A stretch of DNA of 64,000 nt, taken from positions 212,079 through 276,078 of the forward strand of contig CAYLKF010000001.1 in NCBI GenBank assembly GCA_964384365.1. Reading direction: 5' to 3'. Under the pieces are notes generated by a model. It was not told the DNA's origin and did no database searches. It worked only from the letters and a program-made list of their open reading frames with translations. Position numbers and translations under genes: made by a program. Origin of the DNA: an uncultured Pseudomonadota bacterium. GTDB lineage: Bacteria > UBA10199 > JADFYH01. Below are positions 26,632 through 36,894 of this stretch, one piece after another. Within the stretch, counting starts at the first letter, position 1, and the number at the start of each line of letters is the position of its first letter.

Positions 26632-29229
26632 ATGGATTTTATTAGCTCCAAAAATTTAAGACCTCTCTTAAAAAGCATTATCGAATCGATTGTCGAATTG
26701 CATATTGGTCATCGTTTGATCGATAGTTTTTTGGTCTTAACCCCCAATGAAACAAGTGCCGAAGATTTAAGACAACTTTTTTTACAAAATCCTCAACTTG
26801 GAGGAGTGCTCACCGGCAAAAGTATCACTTCTCTGGGCAAATGGATTGCGCAATCAAGCCAAGAAATAGATTATAAAGCAAAAAAAGCACCTTCTTATAT
26901 TCAAGAAACTTTGCTCAAAAGTATTGTTCATCCCGATTTAACTGCAAATTACTCCGAGCTTTCTTACAAAAGCATTTTACTTTTGATTCAATCGTTCCGC
27001 GAGGAGTTCTTCAATGCTGCGTCTCTCAAAAATTTTCTCGAAGGATTTGACCCTGTTTTGGCGCAATATTGCCATGCGTGGTTTAAAAACTATGAACAAG
27101 CCATCGAACAGCACGCTCATCTTAAAGATTTTACCTGGCAGGCCGAGCTCTGTTTTCGGGAAATTTCTCAAAAAAAATTAACCGCTTTAAAGCCCATTCG
27201 TCGCATTTATTACTTAGGTTTTTTAGATTTCCCTCCCCTTCTCAAGAAGCTGACTCAAAGCCTTGAAAAATATTATCCAGAAATTTCTCAGATCGTGCTT
27301 TGTCAAATTCCTGAAACCTTAGACCCTCAAGATTATCTTTCTAAAACTTGGGAAGAAAATCTAAAAAATCTAAATTATTTTGAAGATAAAAGCGAAAATA
27401 CACTTTCGCTCAATGAATACACGAGCCCCTTCGAAGAAGCTTCGGCTCTCCTCTCAGAAATAAGTGAAAAAATTCAGGCGGGTGTTGATCCGAGCAGCAT
27501 TGCGCTCACGCTTCCTGCAAACGATTTCTGGCAGCACTATTACCAAGAACAACTCGAGGCCTTGGGGCTTTTTCCTCATTTTCCTTCGAATAAAAAACTC
27601 AGCCGATGTCTTATTCTTGAAGATTTTTTTGATCTTACTGCCCCACAAGCACTCGAAAAAGTAGAAACTTTACTCACTCAAAAAAGAAAAATTTTAAATT
27701 CCCTTCGCCAAACCTTGCCTGCCGAAGAATTAAAAGCGCTCGAAGGCTTTAAAGAAACTTTAGAGGAGATCCTTTTTTATCAAGAAGAATATCCGTGGCT
27801 AAAACCCCATTTTCCTTCTCTGCGTCAAATTGCTCAGCAAATTTTTCTACCTTTAAAGAGGGTTAGCCATCGCGGCATTCAAATTCGAAGCTTAGATCAA
27901 GTGGGGTTAAAACAATTTTCTTATAATTTTATTCCTCAACTCACGGAGAGCTCTTTTCCAAAAAACCCCGAACGTTTTTTGGGGCTCGCTCTCCCCAACC
28001 ATTCAAGAGAGCTCAGCTACCAACAAGCAATCTACCAAGATCTGCTGCACTCCGCTCAAGAAGTAAAAATTACTTATTCAAAAGTGGGGGTCCAGGCCAG
28101 AGAGCAAAGTCCTTCGTCGTTCATCATCGGAAATTTTAACCCAAGCTCTTTTCCAAATCTCTTTTGGGGAGCCCCTCTCCTCCCCGCTTCTTTTTCAGAA
28201 CGATTGGCCACTGAAAGGCTTCGCCAAGAAGATCTGAATTACCAACACGCTTACGGAGGCTGGATCACCAACAAGCAAACTTTAGAAAAATTGCAAAATT
28301 GGGCGGCCCAGGCTTTTTTCTCGGCCTCGCGCCTTGAAAAATATGCAAACTGCCCTTTTAGCTTCTTTGCCAGCACACTGCTCCGACTCGAAACAGAAGA
28401 AGAAAAAAATCTAGAAGGCGATGCGCGAGAGCAAGGAAAATGGGTTCACCAGTTGCTTGAAAACTTCTTCAAACAAAATCGTGATCTGCTTAAAAATGCT
28501 GGCTTCAATCGTGAACTTCGAAAAGAAGTCGAAGAAAAAATAAAAGAAGAAATTCACCGGGCCGCAGCACTTTTTTTAAAAAACAAACCTTGGGTGCACC
28601 CCAAGCTTTTTGAAGATTTTGCAGAGCGTGCCTTAAAAACCTGCCACGACCTCTTTCAACATTTTTGGAAACAATGGGAAGAAAAACGCCCCGCTCTTTT
28701 TATTCCAGAATTTTTTGAATATTCTTTCGGAAAAAATACAGCCCTTACCCTTCAACGCCAGGGCCTGCCTCCCCTTCGTTTAAAGGGTCAGATCGATCGC
28801 ATCGATGTTAGCGAAGATCGAAAAGAATTCATCACCTGGGATTATAAAACCGGCGGAGTGGAGGGGCTTACGCGAGAGATTAAAGAATTTAAAAAACTCC
28901 AACTCCCTCTCTATCTCAGGGCGGCTCAAGAGATTGAAAGTTTACAGGCAAGCACGGGGGTGGCTTCTCTTGCGCTGGGATTAAAAGAGATGAACGATAA
29001 TCAAGGCCTTGCCCAAAAAGAGCGTGCCTCCGTTTTTGGATTCAAAGGCCGTCCCGGATGCCTGCTCCCCGAAAAGGCTTGGGAGGATTTTTGGCCGGCG
29101 TTTGAAGAGAAAATTCTAGATTATTTTGAAAAAATTTATCGCGGCGATTTTCGCACTCAACCCGAACCTTGTTCGGAATATTGCGAATACCGCACGATTT
29201 GTCGATACCATGAACGCAAAAAATCTTAG
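26632..29229 (+). CDS. AddB-like PD-(D/E)XK nuclease subunit with C-terminal Cys cluster
   Basis: C-terminal nuclease motif DRIDVSEDRKEFITWDYKTG and Cys cluster CSEYCEYRTIC; no clear helicase motifs. Confidence 0.65.
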   Translation: MDFISSKNLRPLLKSIIESIVELHIGHRLIDSFLVLTPNETSAEDLRQLFLQNPQLGGVLTGKSITSLGKWIAQSSQEIDYKAKKAPSYIQETLLKSIVHPDLTANYSELSYKSILLLIQSFREEFFNAASLKNFLEGFDPVLAQYCHAWFKNYEQAIEQHAHLKDFTWQAELCFREISQKKLTALKPIRRIYYLGFLDFPPLLKKLTQSLEKYYPEISQIVLCQIPETLDPQDYLSKTWEENLKNLNYFEDKSENTLSLNEYTSPFEEASALLSEISEKIQAGVDPSSIALTLPANDFWQHYYQEQLEALGLFPHFPSNKKLSRCLILEDFFDLTAPQALEKVETLLTQKRKILNSLRQTLPAEELKALEGFKETLEEILFYQEEYPWLKPHFPSLRQIAQQIFLPLKRVSHRGIQIRSLDQVGLKQFSYNFIPQLTESSFPKNPERFLGLALPNHSRELSYQQAIYQDLLHSAQEVKITYSKVGVQAREQSPSSFIIGNFNPSSFPNLFWGAPLLPASFSERLATERLRQEDLNYQHAYGGWITNKQTLEKLQNWAAQAFFSASRLEKYANCPFSFFASTLLRLETEEEKNLEGDAREQGKWVHQLLENFFKQNRDLLKNAGFNRELRKEVEEKIKEEIHRAAALFLKNKPWVHPKLFEDFAERALKTCHDLFQHFWKQWEEKRPALFIPEFFEYSFGKNTALTLQRQGLPPLRLKGQIDRIDVSEDRKEFITWDYKTGGVEGLTREIKEFKKLQLPLYLRAAQEIESLQASTGVASLALGLKEMNDNQGLAQKERASVFGFKGRPGCLLPEKAWEDFWPAFEEKILDYFEKIYRGDFRTQPEPCSEYCEYRTICRYHERKKS

Positions 29230-29231
29230 GT

Positions 29232-29354
29232 GGCACCTCTAAAAACCACCCATCTGCCTTGTTGCCTGTTCGCTTACAATCCTCACGTACATTTAAAGTA
29301 CGCTCCGGTTGCAAGCTCACAGACGCCTAGCATCTGGACATTTTTAGAGGTACC
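29232..29354 (+). repeat. Intergenic block-conserved element, copy 2, with terminal inverted repeats, between the AddB-like and AddA-like genes
   Basis: Arms GGCACCTCTAAAAA and TTTTTAGAGGTACC (13/14 complementary); interior blocks shared with 12576..12652. Confidence 0.55.
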
Positions 29355-29368
29355 AAAAGTAAATAAAG

Positions 29369-32300
29369 ATGAAACTGAACTTTAATCAAATTCAGGCCTC
29401 TGAAAGCATCGATCAGCATGTCTGTATCTTGGCGAGCGCAGGCTGTGGGAAAACCACGGTTTTGGTCGCGCATTATCTAGAACTTCTCCGAAAGAAAAAT
29501 TTGCGGCCCTCGCAAATTGTCGTTACCACTTTTTCTGAAAAATCGGCGGCAGATATCAAACAAAAAATCCTCCATCTCTTTCGAGAATCCGAAGATTTAG
29601 CACATTTACTTCCTGAATTTCTTCAAGCGCCCATTTCAACCCTCCATGGTTTGGCGGGCCGAATTTTAAGAGATTCTTCATTCTTGCTGGGGCTCGATCC
29701 GCATTTTCGGGTTTTAGATGAAAATCAAGCCGCAAGCCTTCAAAATGAGGCCTTAAAAGAGGTTCTTCAAGAACAACTCCATCAATCCTCCCCTTTTCTT
29801 AGCCTACTCATCCAGACTTATCCTTGGAGAGGTTTAGAAAGGGAGTTTTACGATTTGCTTCAAGCCTGGCCCGAGTGGAAGGAGCGTTTTTCTCAGGATT
29901 TTGAAAAAGGCTCCGATGAGACCGAAACAAAATTAAAAGAGGCTTTTGCCCAAGTTTTTCTTAAAATATTAGAAAAATATGAAGCGAAGAAAAAAGAAAA
30001 AGAACTGCTTGATTTTAATGATTTAGAAGAAAAAGCCATTGAACTGCTTCAAAAAAATATCTGGGTGGCCAAACACTATCAAAAACAATGGAAAGCCTAC
30101 CTGATTGATGAATTTCAAGATACGAGCCACCGCCAAGATCTTCTTCTCTCTCTTTTGCTGCCCCAAAATTCCGAAGGAAAACTCTCTCTCCAAACCCATT
30201 TGGCGATTGTGGGAGACCCCAAACAATCGATTTATGGCTTTAGGGGAGCAAAAGCCCACATTTTTGAGAAGTATCAAGCCCTCATCGAAAATTCGGGAGG
30301 CATGACTGTTGAGCTCAATGAAAACTATCGAAGCCCCAGCACTCTTCTCGATTTCATCAATGCCCTTTTTACCCCTATTTTTTCGAATTACTCTTCTTTG
30401 ATCGGCAACCGAGAATTACCCCAATCTTTAGAAATTTTAAAAAGTAATGAAATCATCGAAGAAATGAAGAGCGATGAGAGAAGAAAACAAGAAGCACAAT
30501 CTTTAAGCCTTCATCTTCAACAGATTTTAAAAGAAGGAGTAAAAAGCAAAGAGATTTTCGTTTTGGTTCGTTCTTCGAGATCAATGGCTCCCTATCTGAA
30601 AGCCTTTCGAAACGCAGGGCTCCCTGTTTTTGTGAAGTCAGGAGAAAGCTTGCTCACCCGGCAAGAAATTCAAGATTTACTTCACGCCTTAAGAGTTTTT
30701 CTCTACCCCAACCAAGCCCTTTCTTGGATCGGTCTACTCCGTTCTCCCGCCTTTCATTTAAGCGATGAACAACTACTGGAATACTCGCTCGATCATGGGC
30801 TGAAGCCCGACTGGACCCAAATTCACCCTCTTGCTCAAAAGCTCCTTCAACAAGATAAAAACCAATCACCGAGCCAATTTATCGAATGGTGGCTCAACGA
30901 AACCGCACTCATTTCATTATACAGTGCAGAGCCTTCTCTTCAGCCCCAGGCACAAAACCTGCTTCAATTTTATAATTTTTGTTTTGAATGGGAACAAACC
31001 CACCCCGCAAAACTTGAAGAGTTTTTAAAAGAAATGGAGGTCTTGATTGAAGAAAATATCCCTTTCAATAGTTTGAGCGATCAGCTGGGAGGCAATCAGG
31101 CCATTACTTTCATGACCATCCATCAATCAAAAGGCCTCGATCTCCCCGTGGTGGTTTTGCCCGATCTTAAAGTCAACTCTTCTCAAGCCGAAACCCGCTC
31201 TTTAATTTGTGCCTGGGAAAAAAAATGGGGATTAAAAGTTCCCGATTCAAAACCGGGGCTCAAAAAAAATCTGAAAAGCTCAAATGCCTTTCAAGAAAAT
31301 CTCAAAAACCTTCAAGCAGCGCAGGCCGAAGAAGAAAACAGAATTTTTTATGTTGCAACAACCCGCTCTACCCAAAAACTCATCTTAGGTTTTCTACCTT
31401 CTGAAAATCAAAAACTCGGGGGCAAGCCCCCGAGTTTGATCCTGAGCGACCCTTCGACTCGCTCCGCTCGCTCAGGGTCATCCTTCTCTATATTGTCTCG
31501 GCCCCAAGGAACCGAATTTCAGGAGTCGAAGGATGAAAAAAAAGAGAGCAAACAGGCCCGCGATTTCTTACAAACCGTCGGAAAAAACTTCTCTGCTGTT
31601 CGCTGGATCTCTCCTCTTCAAGAAATTTCAGAGCCCAACGAAAATAAAATTTTAAATAAAATACAAACGCTCTCTGCTTTTAAGCACAAACAAATTCTCC
31701 ATTTTGGAGTAAGTGCTCTAGAAACTTTTCAAAGATCCCCTCAAGAATATCGAGAGCGCTATATTGATCAAATTCCTGCGGAAAGTCTCTCAGGAGCTAA
31801 CCGTTTTCGTCCGAGCTCTTCACTCAGTGGCTTGAAAAAGGGGCAAATTCTTCACGAAGCTTTGTATCTTTATTTCAAAGAAAAAACTTCTAGCCCGGCT
31901 GAAATCTTAACCAGTTGCCTGGCCAAGCATGCAATCGATTCTCAAAACCTGCCAGAACTGCTAGAAATCTTCTCGCGCACTCTGAAGCATTCAAACTTTT
32001 CTCCGATCTTAAACGCCCAAGAAGCCTATTTTGAAATCGATTTCAGGCTCCTTTTAGATTTTTACGAGATTCAAGGGGCTATCGATTGTCTTTATTTGCA
32101 TGAAAAAACCTGGAAGGTTTTAGATTATAAAACCCATGCCTTAGAAGAAAATCGAAGCAAGAAAGAGCTGCCCGCAAAACCCTTTGAGTTTCAGCTCAAA
32201 ACCTATTGTCTTGCCGCCAGCAAAATGTTGGGTCAAACTACAGAGAGAGCTGAGGTTTATTTTATTATACCCAATAAAACTTTCTCTTTTAACTTTAAAG

Positions 32301-32380
32301 AGGAAGAGCTTAAGAAACATGAGCTTTATTTAAAAAACTTAATGAATGAAATTAATCAATTCACTCTGACTTCCTCATGA
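29369..32380 (+). CDS. AddA/RecB-like UvrD-family helicase with C-terminal nuclease domain
   Basis: Walker A SAGCGKTTV, motif II IDEFQDTS, FYVATTRS, C-terminal IDCLYLHEKTWKVLDYKTH. Confidence 0.8.
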   Translation: MKLNFNQIQASESIDQHVCILASAGCGKTTVLVAHYLELLRKKNLRPSQIVVTTFSEKSAADIKQKILHLFRESEDLAHLLPEFLQAPISTLHGLAGRILRDSSFLLGLDPHFRVLDENQAASLQNEALKEVLQEQLHQSSPFLSLLIQTYPWRGLEREFYDLLQAWPEWKERFSQDFEKGSDETETKLKEAFAQVFLKILEKYEAKKKEKELLDFNDLEEKAIELLQKNIWVAKHYQKQWKAYLIDEFQDTSHRQDLLLSLLLPQNSEGKLSLQTHLAIVGDPKQSIYGFRGAKAHIFEKYQALIENSGGMTVELNENYRSPSTLLDFINALFTPIFSNYSSLIGNRELPQSLEILKSNEIIEEMKSDERRKQEAQSLSLHLQQILKEGVKSKEIFVLVRSSRSMAPYLKAFRNAGLPVFVKSGESLLTRQEIQDLLHALRVFLYPNQALSWIGLLRSPAFHLSDEQLLEYSLDHGLKPDWTQIHPLAQKLLQQDKNQSPSQFIEWWLNETALISLYSAEPSLQPQAQNLLQFYNFCFEWEQTHPAKLEEFLKEMEVLIEENIPFNSLSDQLGGNQAITFMTIHQSKGLDLPVVVLPDLKVNSSQAETRSLICAWEKKWGLKVPDSKPGLKKNLKSSNAFQENLKNLQAAQAEEENRIFYVATTRSTQKLILGFLPSENQKLGGKPPSLILSDPSTRSARSGSSFSILSRPQGTEFQESKDEKKESKQARDFLQTVGKNFSAVRWISPLQEISEPNENKILNKIQTLSAFKHKQILHFGVSALETFQRSPQEYRERYIDQIPAESLSGANRFRPSSSLSGLKKGQILHEALYLYFKEKTSSPAEILTSCLAKHAIDSQNLPELLEIFSRTLKHSNFSPILNAQEAYFEIDFRLLLDFYEIQGAIDCLYLHEKTWKVLDYKTHALEENRSKKELPAKPFEFQLKTYCLAASKMLGQTTERAEVYFIIPNKTFSFNFKEEELKKHELYLKNLMNEINQFTLTSS

Positions 32381-33795
32381 CTACAGGGGCACGGGGGATG
32401 AGGTTCGCTGCATCCCCCGATACTATGGACGCACAAACACGGCAAATTTTGGAATGGTCTGGAGAACCCGAAAAAGCCTTTTTCGATTTCCAAATCTTTT
32501 GTCAAAGGTACCAAGAAAAAACCGGCCAAGAATTTGATTTAGAACCCGTCAATGCCAAACGTCTGCTTTCAATCTTCGGAAATTCCTTTTTCTTAACCCG
32601 TTTTCTCTTAAAACACCCCGAAGAAGCCGATGGAGTTGTGAGCTCTCCCTGCTTTGAAACCGATAAATCGATTCAAGAATTCACTGAAGAACTCAATCTC
32701 TTCATTCCAAACATTTTCGAACTTCCACTCTCAGAGTTCGGTAAAAAACTTCGCTTCTACAAATATCGCGAATATTTACGCTTAACAGCTAAAGATCTTT
32801 CACAGGTTGCAGGGCTCTCTACCGTTTTAAATGAGCTCTCTTACCTGGCCACCGCCCTCATCCAAAAAACCTATGAATATTTTTATGCCCGTTTAAGCCA
32901 GGAATTAGGAGAACCCGAAACCAATAGTTTTGGCATTATTGCTCAAGGAAAACTAGGGGGCATGGAACTCAATTACTCCTCGGATGTTGATCTTCAATAT
33001 GTTTACCAAAGCGACCATGGCATTTTAAAAAAGTCTTCGCTCTCTCCTCACGAGTTTTTTGTGAAACTGGCTGAAAAAATTTCTCATTTTTTAAGCGAGA
33101 AAACCCCCGAAGGCTTTCTCTACCGCGTCGATTTAAATTTAAGACCCGAAGGCAAAAGTGGAACTCTCGCCAACTCATTATCTGCAATTGAATTGTATTA
33201 CGAAAGCTTTGGGGCTGAGTGGGAAAGACAAGCCCTAATTCGCGTTTTGCCGGTGGGTGGAAATCCTGAACTAGGAAAAACTTTTTTGAAGGTTATAGAA
33301 CCCTTTGTGTGGCGAAAAAGCATGGATCTGGGTGTGATTGAGAAAATGAAAGAGATGAAACAAAAAATTCGCCACTCGATTGCCGATTCCTTGACCAAGG
33401 GCTTTCATGTAAAACTGGGCGAAGGGGGAATTCGCGAAATTGAATTTTTTGTGCAAACCCTACAACTCTTATATGGCGGACGACATCCTGAGCTCAGAGA
33501 ACCTTCTACCCTGCCTGCCATTCAAGCTTTAAACAAATTTCAATTTATTCCGTCGCTTCAGGCCTCTCAACTCAAAGAGGCTTATCTTTTTTTACGTTCC
33601 TTGGAGCATCGTTTACAAATGGTTGAAGAAGCTCAAACCCATCGTATTCCCGAAGATTCAAAATCCCAACAAGCTTTGGCCAGGCGTATGGGATATTTCG
33701 AAGAAGATCCTGAAAAAGCCCGCGAGCATTTGCAAGATGATCTCACTCATTACACCGCTTTTGTAAAAGCAACTTTTCAGGATTTATTCCGATAA
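32377..33795 (+). CDS. glnE: Glutamine synthetase adenylyltransferase GlnE, N-terminal half as a separate ORF
   Basis: Nucleotidyltransferase motif GKLGGMELNYSSDVDLQYVY; start overlaps the addA-like stop (ATGA). Confidence 0.75.
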   Translation: MTTGARGMRFAASPDTMDAQTRQILEWSGEPEKAFFDFQIFCQRYQEKTGQEFDLEPVNAKRLLSIFGNSFFLTRFLLKHPEEADGVVSSPCFETDKSIQEFTEELNLFIPNIFELPLSEFGKKLRFYKYREYLRLTAKDLSQVAGLSTVLNELSYLATALIQKTYEYFYARLSQELGEPETNSFGIIAQGKLGGMELNYSSDVDLQYVYQSDHGILKKSSLSPHEFFVKLAEKISHFLSEKTPEGFLYRVDLNLRPEGKSGTLANSLSAIELYYESFGAEWERQALIRVLPVGGNPELGKTFLKVIEPFVWRKSMDLGVIEKMKEMKQKIRHSIADSLTKGFHVKLGEGGIREIEFFVQTLQLLYGGRHPELREPSTLPAIQALNKFQFIPSLQASQLKEAYLFLRSLEHRLQMVEEAQTHRIPEDSKSQQALARRMGYFEEDPEKAREHLQDDLTHYTAFVKATFQDLFR

Positions 33796-33846
33796 AGACC
33801 TCCTCCTCTTAAGATTAAGAGGGGGTATTAATGGATGTATTAAAAC

Positions 33847-34989
33847 ATGCTCAACAAACAAAACCTTGAAAAAGAAATTACCGAAGAAATTGAATCGTTG
33901 CCCGATCTCGAGGCCAAACTTGATATTATTCGCGTCTTTAAAAACAACCACCTCAAGGCACTTCAACAAACTGATCATAATGATTTAAACCAGCTTCCCG
34001 AAATTTTTAAAGACTTAAGCCTCATCGCCGATACCTTGGTGGAAGCCACTTTAAAACTTGCTGAAAAAGAGATTCAGAAAAACTATGGGATTCCTTCTTA
34101 TACCGATAATCTTGGAAACATCAGCGAATCCGAATTTGCGATTGTCGCTCTAGGTAAATGGGGTGGCAAAGAAATTCATTACGGCTCTGATCTTGATTTA
34201 ATCTTTCTCTATACTCGCGATGGCGAGACTCGTGGACGCAAGAAAATCACCAATAAAGAATATTACATTCTACTTGCCCAAAAACTGATCTCTTTTTTAA
34301 CGGCCTACACCTTTCACGGCTATGCCTATAAAATTGATACCCAACTTCGCCCTTCGGGCAATCAAGGCGCCTTGGTTTCTTCGCTCAATGCTTATTTCGA
34401 TTATCAACGGAACAAGGCCCAATTTTGGGAAAAACAGGCCCTACTCAAAGCCCGCTTTGTGGCCGGTTCTCCAAGTTTCGGCTCTTCTTTAAAAGGCCTT
34501 TTCCAACAACTCATTTTCTCAAAAGATTTTCCGCCCGATTTAAATACGAAAATTCACCACATGCGCATGCGTATGGAAAAAGAGAATGGCCGTGAAACGG
34601 CGAGGCGCCTTCATTATAAATTGGGATTTGGGGGTTTAACCGACATTGAATTTCTCACCCAATATCTTCAACTCAAAACCGGAAAAGTCTTTGAAAATTT
34701 TTTAACCGGGAACACGCTCGAGGCACTTCAAAAAATGGGTGAAAAGGGTCTTCTCAAAAAGACCGATTACACGCTTTTACGCGAGGCTTATCTTTTTTAC
34801 CGACTTCTAGAAACGCGAATGGAAGTCAACTTCGATCTTCGTGAGGGCTATATTGATCCAGAAAGTCATTTATTAGAAAATTTAGCCGAACTTATGGGGG
34901 AGACTTCCCAGGCATCTTTGCTTGAACATTTTCAAAAAACCCGAGATGATGTGCGTAGAATTTATTTAGAAATCTTAAAACTCGAATAA
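33847..34989 (+). CDS. glnE: Glutamine synthetase adenylyltransferase GlnE, C-terminal half as a separate ORF
   Basis: Second nucleotidyltransferase motif GKWGGKEIHYGSDLDLIFLY; separated from the first half by 51 nt containing a stop. Confidence 0.75.
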   Translation: MLNKQNLEKEITEEIESLPDLEAKLDIIRVFKNNHLKALQQTDHNDLNQLPEIFKDLSLIADTLVEATLKLAEKEIQKNYGIPSYTDNLGNISESEFAIVALGKWGGKEIHYGSDLDLIFLYTRDGETRGRKKITNKEYYILLAQKLISFLTAYTFHGYAYKIDTQLRPSGNQGALVSSLNAYFDYQRNKAQFWEKQALLKARFVAGSPSFGSSLKGLFQQLIFSKDFPPDLNTKIHHMRMRMEKENGRETARRLHYKLGFGGLTDIEFLTQYLQLKTGKVFENFLTGNTLEALQKMGEKGLLKKTDYTLLREAYLFYRLLETRMEVNFDLREGYIDPESHLLENLAELMGETSQASLLEHFQKTRDDVRRIYLEILKLE

Positions 34990-34992
34990 TTT

Positions 34993-36225
34993 ATGTCTCT
35001 TCACCTGATTTCTCAAAAATTAAATACCTCCCAAGAAGCGCTAGAAACTTATTTCCAAGCTGAATTTGAAAAAACGCCACCGCTGCTCTATCTCTCTTGC
35101 GACATTCGCAATTCTGGGCAGAAAATATCGGTGGTCGATACCAATCTTTACCCGGCGGGTTTCAATAATCTCTGCAAAGCTTATACGGCCCAAGCGGTGC
35201 ATCAATTTAAGCAATATCTTCAAAGGTTTTTTCCAACGGCCCAAAAAATATTGCTCTTCACCGAGGCACACACGCGAAACAAGTTTTATTTCGAAAATAT
35301 TTCTCGCCTCGCCGAAATGTTAAAATCCGCTGGGAAAGAGGTCGAAATCGGACATCCCCAAATCGAAAACTCAGGGCCTTTAAGCTTGCCGAACATCACG
35401 TTGAATTTGCACGCCCTACAAAAACAAAACGATCAGCTTTCGACAAAAGAAGGATGGTTTCCTGATTTAATTATTTCGAACAACGATTTTTCTTCGGGCC
35501 CCCACCCCTTGCTTGAAAATATTCAACAGACCGTGATTCCTCCCATGGCCTTAGGCTGGCACTCGCGCCAAAAGAGCGTGCACTTTCAACTGTATGAAAA
35601 AGTCTGCCAAGAAGTAGGTAAAATTTCAGGGCTTGACCCGTGGCTACTCTCCTGTGAGCAAGAACTCATGCGCAATATTCAACTCACTGAAGCAGAAGGC
35701 TTGAAAAACATGGCACAAAAGGTAGATGAAGTTTTGGCCCGCATTCAAAAAAAATATGCCGAATACAAAATCGATTCTTCACCCTACGTGTTTATTAAAA
35801 ATAACTCGGGCACTTATGGAATGGGAATTGCCTATGTAAGTAGTGCCGACGAGATTTTGAACATGAATCGCCGTTTGCGCAACAAGCTCCTCTCTTCGAA
35901 GGGCGGCGGAAGCCCGAGCGAGTTTTTGATTCAAGAAGGAATTCCTACGATTGATTCGTATAGTAGCTATCCCATGGAACCCGTAATTTACATGGTGGGT
36001 GACCAAAGCATTGGGGGATTTTTTAGACTCAATGAAGAAAAAGATGAATGGAGCTCACTCAATACCCAAGGCATGGCCTTTTCTTGCCTTTGCCTTCATA
36101 AGCTCGACGAGCCCCATGAAGAACCTTTTTTGAATTGTGCGGAAAAAGCAAATTTGCTGAAAGTATCTTTCCTGCTCGCGAAAATGGCAGCCTTAGCTGC
36201 AGCTAGGGAGAATAAAACTCTCTAA
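34993..36225 (+). CDS. Putative ATP-dependent carboxylate-amine ligase-like protein, uncertain
   Basis: 410 aa; segment YVFIKNNSGTYGMGIAYVSSADEI resembles an ATP-grasp nucleotide-binding strand; no confident family call. Confidence 0.4.
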   Translation: MSLHLISQKLNTSQEALETYFQAEFEKTPPLLYLSCDIRNSGQKISVVDTNLYPAGFNNLCKAYTAQAVHQFKQYLQRFFPTAQKILLFTEAHTRNKFYFENISRLAEMLKSAGKEVEIGHPQIENSGPLSLPNITLNLHALQKQNDQLSTKEGWFPDLIISNNDFSSGPHPLLENIQQTVIPPMALGWHSRQKSVHFQLYEKVCQEVGKISGLDPWLLSCEQELMRNIQLTEAEGLKNMAQKVDEVLARIQKKYAEYKIDSSPYVFIKNNSGTYGMGIAYVSSADEILNMNRRLRNKLLSSKGGGSPSEFLIQEGIPTIDSYSSYPMEPVIYMVGDQSIGGFFRLNEEKDEWSSLNTQGMAFSCLCLHKLDEPHEEPFLNCAEKANLLKVSFLLAKMAALAAARENKTL

Positions 36226-36264
36226 ACTAACTATAGAGCGGGTCAGCGTTTTTGAAGTGAGCGG

Positions 36265-36370
36265 AAAAGTGCTGAATTATCGATTAAAAAAAATAGAAGA
36301 ACTTTAAAAAATCTTAAATGCTTCCTCGCAGCGCGTTTTTACGCGAACTGAGAAAATGCTGAGCCGTGGC
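36265..36370. repeat. Intergenic element homologous to 12718..12824
   Basis: AAAGTGCTGAATT at 36266 and CCTCGCAGCGCGTTTTT at 36324, same spacing as the copy upstream of hpt. Confidence 0.5.
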
Positions 36371-36399
36371 TAAAAAAATGGATTTTAAAAAGAGCTCAA

Positions 36400-36765
36400 C
36401 TACTCGGCGTAATTTCTTTCGACTCGCTCTTGTTCTTCTTTACACCGAATACAAAGATCGGTCACCGGCCGAGCCTCAAGCCGCTTCACGCCAATTTCTT
36501 CTCCGCAAGATTCACAAACGCCGTAATCACCTTGTTCAATTTTAACTAAGGCCTTGTCGATTTTTTTCACCAAAGTTCGTTCGCGATCGCGAAGCAAAAG
36601 GTTCATGGATTGATCGGCCTCAGAAGAAGCGAGATCCACTTCATCGGGAAGATCATCGGTATCGACAACCAATCCGGTTTCACGCGTGCTTTGAGCACTT
36701 CTTAACAAGTCTTTCTTTCTCTCTAAAAGCAAATCTTTAAAGCGTTTTAATTCTTTCTTATTCAT
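36400..36765 (-). CDS. dksA: DksA/TraR-family C4 zinc-finger transcription factor
   Basis: CESCGEEI...LCIRC zinc finger, about 120 aa. Confidence 0.88.
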   Translation of the reverse strand: MNKKELKRFKDLLLERKKDLLRSAQSTRETGLVVDTDDLPDEVDLASSEADQSMNLLLRDRERTLVKKIDKALVKIEQGDYGVCESCGEEIGVKRLEARPVTDLCIRCKEEQERVERNYAE

Positions 36766-36894
36766 AAGTCCTCCCTCAAACCTTGAATCTTCTCAAAAAA
36801 ACCAAAGATTTGGAATATGAATTTTTGAAAAAAAGGAGAGCTTAAATCGTCAAAAAACATGACAATGTCAATGTGTTTTTGTTAGATCAAAAAA

